Assembly (NCBI GenBank): GCA_963706595.1
Contig: OY970166.1
Coordinates: 1,888,001 to 1,952,000, forward strand
Source of the DNA: an uncultured cyanobacterium
Lineage (GTDB): Bacteria; Cyanobacteriota; Cyanobacteriia; Cyanobacteriales; Nostocaceae
DNA length: 64,000 bases
Direction: 5' to 3'
Shown here: piece after piece, positions 60,863 to 64,000 of the stretch
How the letters are laid out: each line of letters opens with the position of its first letter
Numbering within the stretch: position 1 is the first letter of the stretch
The notes under the pieces: model-generated
Databases searched by the model: none
What the model saw: the letters and a program-made list of their open reading frames with translations, nothing else
Told to the model about the DNA's origin: nothing
Made by a program: the position numbers and the translations under genes

Positions 60863-62524
60863 ATGCTAACAAATAATCTCCTCAACCATAAACGCGGTAA
60901 TTCACTTTTAAAACTTTCCCATTCCTTTGTCAGTCCTAATCAAGTTTGGCAAGGTGCTTTAAATACTATATCTTTTGATGGCAATGGCATCAAAGCCAAA
61001 CTACTAAACCTAGCTAAACCTTGTTATATTATCAGAGTTGAAGATAAAATTGGTGTAACTAATGAAGGAGAATCGCTGCATTCCCAGAATGGAAAAATAG
61101 GACAAGAACTGTTAATGTCTGTTCCAGCCATGCAGATAAAACAGTTAGGTGATCCAAATTTTCTAGATTTCCATAATGTGAAATATGCCTATGTTACTGG
61201 TGCAATGGCTCACGGTATTGCTTCTGAAGAATTAGTAATTGCTCTGGGCAAGGAGAAAATTTTAAGTTCATTTGGTGCTGGAGGTTTATCTCCAGCCCGT
61301 GTGGAAGCAGCCATCAATCGTATTCAGCAAGCCCTACCCCAAGGCCCTTACGCTTTTAACTTACTCCACAGTCCCAGTGACCCGGCTGTGGAACGGGGTG
61401 TGATTGATTTGTATCTCAAATATCAAGTCAGAACAATAGAAGCATCCGCTTTCTTAGATTTGAGTGAAAACATCGTTTACTACCGGGTTGCCGGACTAAG
61501 TTTGAATGCAGCCAATGAAATCGAAATCAAAAATAAAGTCATTGCCAAAATTTCTCGGCGAGAAGTGGCGACCAAATTTTTAGAACCAGCACCTTACAAA
61601 ATTCTCAAAAAATTAGTCCAGCAAGGTCTTATCAGTGAATTACAGGCAACTTTAGCCGCCAAAATTCCCATGGCTGATGATATTACCGTAGAAGCAGATT
61701 CTGGTGGTCACACAGATAATCGTCCTTTGGTTTGTCTGTTACCATCCATTTTGGAATTAAGAGATCAAATTCAGGGCCAATATGGTTATGAAAAACCAGT
61801 CAGAATCGGAGTAGCCGGAGGAATTGCCACTCCACAATCAGCCTTAGCTGCCTTTATGATGGGCGCTGCTTATGTTGTGACTGGTTCAATTAACCAATCC
61901 TGTATTGAAGCTGGAACTTCGGAATATACCAAACAATTACTAGCTCAGGCAGAAATGGCTGATGTGATGATGGCTCCAGCCGCAGATATGTTTGAAATGG
62001 GGGTAAAACTGCAAGTTCTTAAAAGAGGAACTCTCTTTCCTCTGAGAGCGCAAAAACTATTTGACTTATACAAAAACTATGATTCAATTGAAGATATACC
62101 TCTTGCCGAAAGAGAAAAACTAGAGAAACAAGTTTTCAAAACTAATCTAGATGCGATTTGGCAGGAAACAGTTAATTACTTATCTCAACGTAATCCCGAT
62201 AAACTGCACAAAGCAGCCAAGAATCCTAAGCTGAAAATGGCTTTAATTTTTCGCTGGTATTTAGGATTATCTTCTCGTTGGTCTAACTCTGGTGAAAAAG
62301 GGCGGGAAATTGATTATCAAATCTGGTGTGGTCCGGCAATGGGTAGCTTCAATAACTGGACAAAAGGTTCTTATTTGGCAGAGATAAATAATCGTCGAGT
62401 CGTTGATATTGCTAATCAAATTATGACTGGCACGGTATTTTTATACCGAATGCAAGTTTTAAAAATCCAGGGATTAGAAATGCCAACTTACTACAGCACA
62501 TATCACCCAGTTCGTTTTAACTAA
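60863..62524 (+). CDS. pfaD: PfaD/HglA-family enoyl reductase
   Basis: GAMAHGIAS, EASAFL, AKISRREVA, EADSGGHTDNRPL, APAADMFEMGVKLQVLKRG, YQIWCGPAMG. Confidence 0.93.
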   Translation: MLTNNLLNHKRGNSLLKLSHSFVSPNQVWQGALNTISFDGNGIKAKLLNLAKPCYIIRVEDKIGVTNEGESLHSQNGKIGQELLMSVPAMQIKQLGDPNFLDFHNVKYAYVTGAMAHGIASEELVIALGKEKILSSFGAGGLSPARVEAAINRIQQALPQGPYAFNLLHSPSDPAVERGVIDLYLKYQVRTIEASAFLDLSENIVYYRVAGLSLNAANEIEIKNKVIAKISRREVATKFLEPAPYKILKKLVQQGLISELQATLAAKIPMADDITVEADSGGHTDNRPLVCLLPSILELRDQIQGQYGYEKPVRIGVAGGIATPQSALAAFMMGAAYVVTGSINQSCIEAGTSEYTKQLLAQAEMADVMMAPAADMFEMGVKLQVLKRGTLFPLRAQKLFDLYKNYDSIEDIPLAEREKLEKQVFKTNLDAIWQETVNYLSQRNPDKLHKAAKNPKLKMALIFRWYLGLSSRWSNSGEKGREIDYQIWCGPAMGSFNNWTKGSYLAEINNRRVVDIANQIMTGTVFLYRMQVLKIQGLEMPTYYSTYHPVRFN

Positions 62525-62538
62525 AGGAGCAAAATCAC

Positions 62539-63837
62539 ATGAATAATGTCGAAATTAATAACCGCATTACCAAAATTCAAAATAGACTTTTTGAACAGGC
62601 ACATACTCAGTCATTAGAATTAAAACCTGTCGCTATTGCACTGAGTAAGCAGGGAATTATAGCAGGGAAACTTTACTGTAATCCGGGCATGATTCCCTTA
62701 CCCATGCCATTTTGTGAGTATTTACGTTCTCTAAATACCAGTCAAAAGTCGATTTTATCCGCAGCATTCTTTGCCAACTTTTATAAGTATGTTGCTAATA
62801 GCGAATCTCAAGCTATTCCATCAAACATGAGTGTGTCCGAAAAACTTTTTGCCCCATACTCAGACGAATATATGATTCTTCACCAGGAAACAAATGAAGA
62901 ATTGGATCATATTTGGTCTTTCCGGACTATACATACTATGGTTTGTCGAGAAATAGGAATTCAAAACTCGTTTGAGGAACCTGGCTTTTTTTATGGTACT
63001 TTCCGCCCTGTACCTGAATCCGATTGGCAAAACTTAGATACTAGTTTTAGTTTTGATGTAGACCTCAGCGAAACTTTATCTTATCTGATGAAAGGTAAAA
63101 GTTTTCTGAATCAGCTAGTAGAAAAAATGGAGTTACAAAGTAGGAATTGGCTATATAGAAATTTACGCTTTATCGTTGGAGATGCCGTGAGGATGCTACC
63201 CTCTGAAATAGTGCAAGAAAATGGATTGGGTAGCTTATGGTTACTGTACCGATATATGGCTAATGTCGAGTTAAAACAAGCCGAAAGCTATTTATTCGAC
63301 GACCCAGAAAATTTTGACTATGACCCATTAGCTTTTGAGTTAAATCATGGTCACATCACAGATGAAGCTCGTCATTACACAACATCTTTTGATTTAGGGT
63401 TTGAATTATATCAAAAAGCTCCTCCAGAGGCTCAATATTTCATTCGGTATGCCATGCAAAAAATTGTTGAAGACTACATTAATGCTTCTTTTACCACTTA
63501 CCTGGAGAAATTAGACCTCAATCAGCAGGGAGTCATATTAACTGAAACTAGACTGGGGCTTAATTCATTAACTATGTCTTTACAACATCCTGAATTCATT
63601 AATAAGCAAGTAGATATGAATAAACTCATTAATTCTTGGAGAAATATGAACTTAAGTTGGCGTAAAATCATTGGTTCTTTAGAACAAAAGAGTTGGCGCT
63701 ACAGAGCGCAGCAGATAGCCCGCATCGTTCAAGCACTGGAACTCGAATTAAATCAAGAGCTTTTAGGTAACAAATATCACCGCTATCAGGATGCTTTAGA
63801 ATCTAAAGAAATTAAAAAACTTATTGAAGTAGCCTAA
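62539..63837 (+). CDS. Ferritin-like dimetal-carboxylate enzyme, CylC/AurF-like
   Basis: YVANSE, EELDH (ExxH) and HITDEARH (HxxxExxH); AGGAG RBS 14 bp after the pfaD stop region. Confidence 0.68.
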   Translation: MNNVEINNRITKIQNRLFEQAHTQSLELKPVAIALSKQGIIAGKLYCNPGMIPLPMPFCEYLRSLNTSQKSILSAAFFANFYKYVANSESQAIPSNMSVSEKLFAPYSDEYMILHQETNEELDHIWSFRTIHTMVCREIGIQNSFEEPGFFYGTFRPVPESDWQNLDTSFSFDVDLSETLSYLMKGKSFLNQLVEKMELQSRNWLYRNLRFIVGDAVRMLPSEIVQENGLGSLWLLYRYMANVELKQAESYLFDDPENFDYDPLAFELNHGHITDEARHYTTSFDLGFELYQKAPPEAQYFIRYAMQKIVEDYINASFTTYLEKLDLNQQGVILTETRLGLNSLTMSLQHPEFINKQVDMNKLINSWRNMNLSWRKIIGSLEQKSWRYRAQQIARIVQALELELNQELLGNKYHRYQDALESKEIKKLIEVA

Positions 63838-64000
63838 ACTCCTAAGAAACACATTTTCAAACCCTGACATAGCAAGGATCTGAAGCTTTAAATTCTCATG
63901 TGTTTTTTTTTATTTATTGTGGGCGTTTAATCGCGTTCTTTAGGCGCTCACCTTTTGCACCTATTCATTCTATTTCATGATTTTGAGGAGTTCAAAAATG

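Noticed and set aside
50049..62524. Omega-3 PUFA synthase
   Set aside because: No PfaC with FabA-type dehydratase/isomerase domains and only two ACPs
1..64000. tRNA, rRNA, riboswitch or integrase genes
   Set aside because: None recognised by eye; a covariance-model scan would be needed to exclude small RNAs

Overview
A 64-kb window from a filamentous, probably heterocyst-forming cyanobacterium (Nostocales-like: frequent HIP1 GCGATCGC octamers, STRR heptamer repeats, chlB, DevBCA and Hgl-type genes). Housekeeping genes (pgk, group-2 sigma factor, cobO, frr, pyrH, yidD, phytol kinase, chlB) alternate with accessory modules: two toxin-antitoxin pairs, a solitary TnpB, an AraC/TonB-receptor iron-uptake module, an Rpn-family gene with an apparent intragenic antitoxin start, and many small REP/MITE-like repeats. 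Two systems stand out. (1) A cluster of more than 20 kb (44.2 kb to the window end) in which a DevBCA-type exporter and two small putative regulators precede an Hgl/Pfa-like iterative PKS (KS-AT-2xACP-KR-DH, CLF-AT, PfaD enoyl reductase), followed directly by a CylC/AurF-like dimetal-carboxylate enzyme. It is a candidate pathway for an exported halogenated or oxidised long-chain lipid, distinct from the canonical heterocyst-glycolipid island. (2) An 8-kb cluster of seven double-glycine-leader peptides with very different Cys-free cores around a C39-peptidase ABC exporter and HlyD, with no modifying enzymes. Several genes, including the essential frr, carry homopolymer-type frameshifts that are most likely sequencing errors. 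All calls come from motif recognition by eye; no database searches were run.
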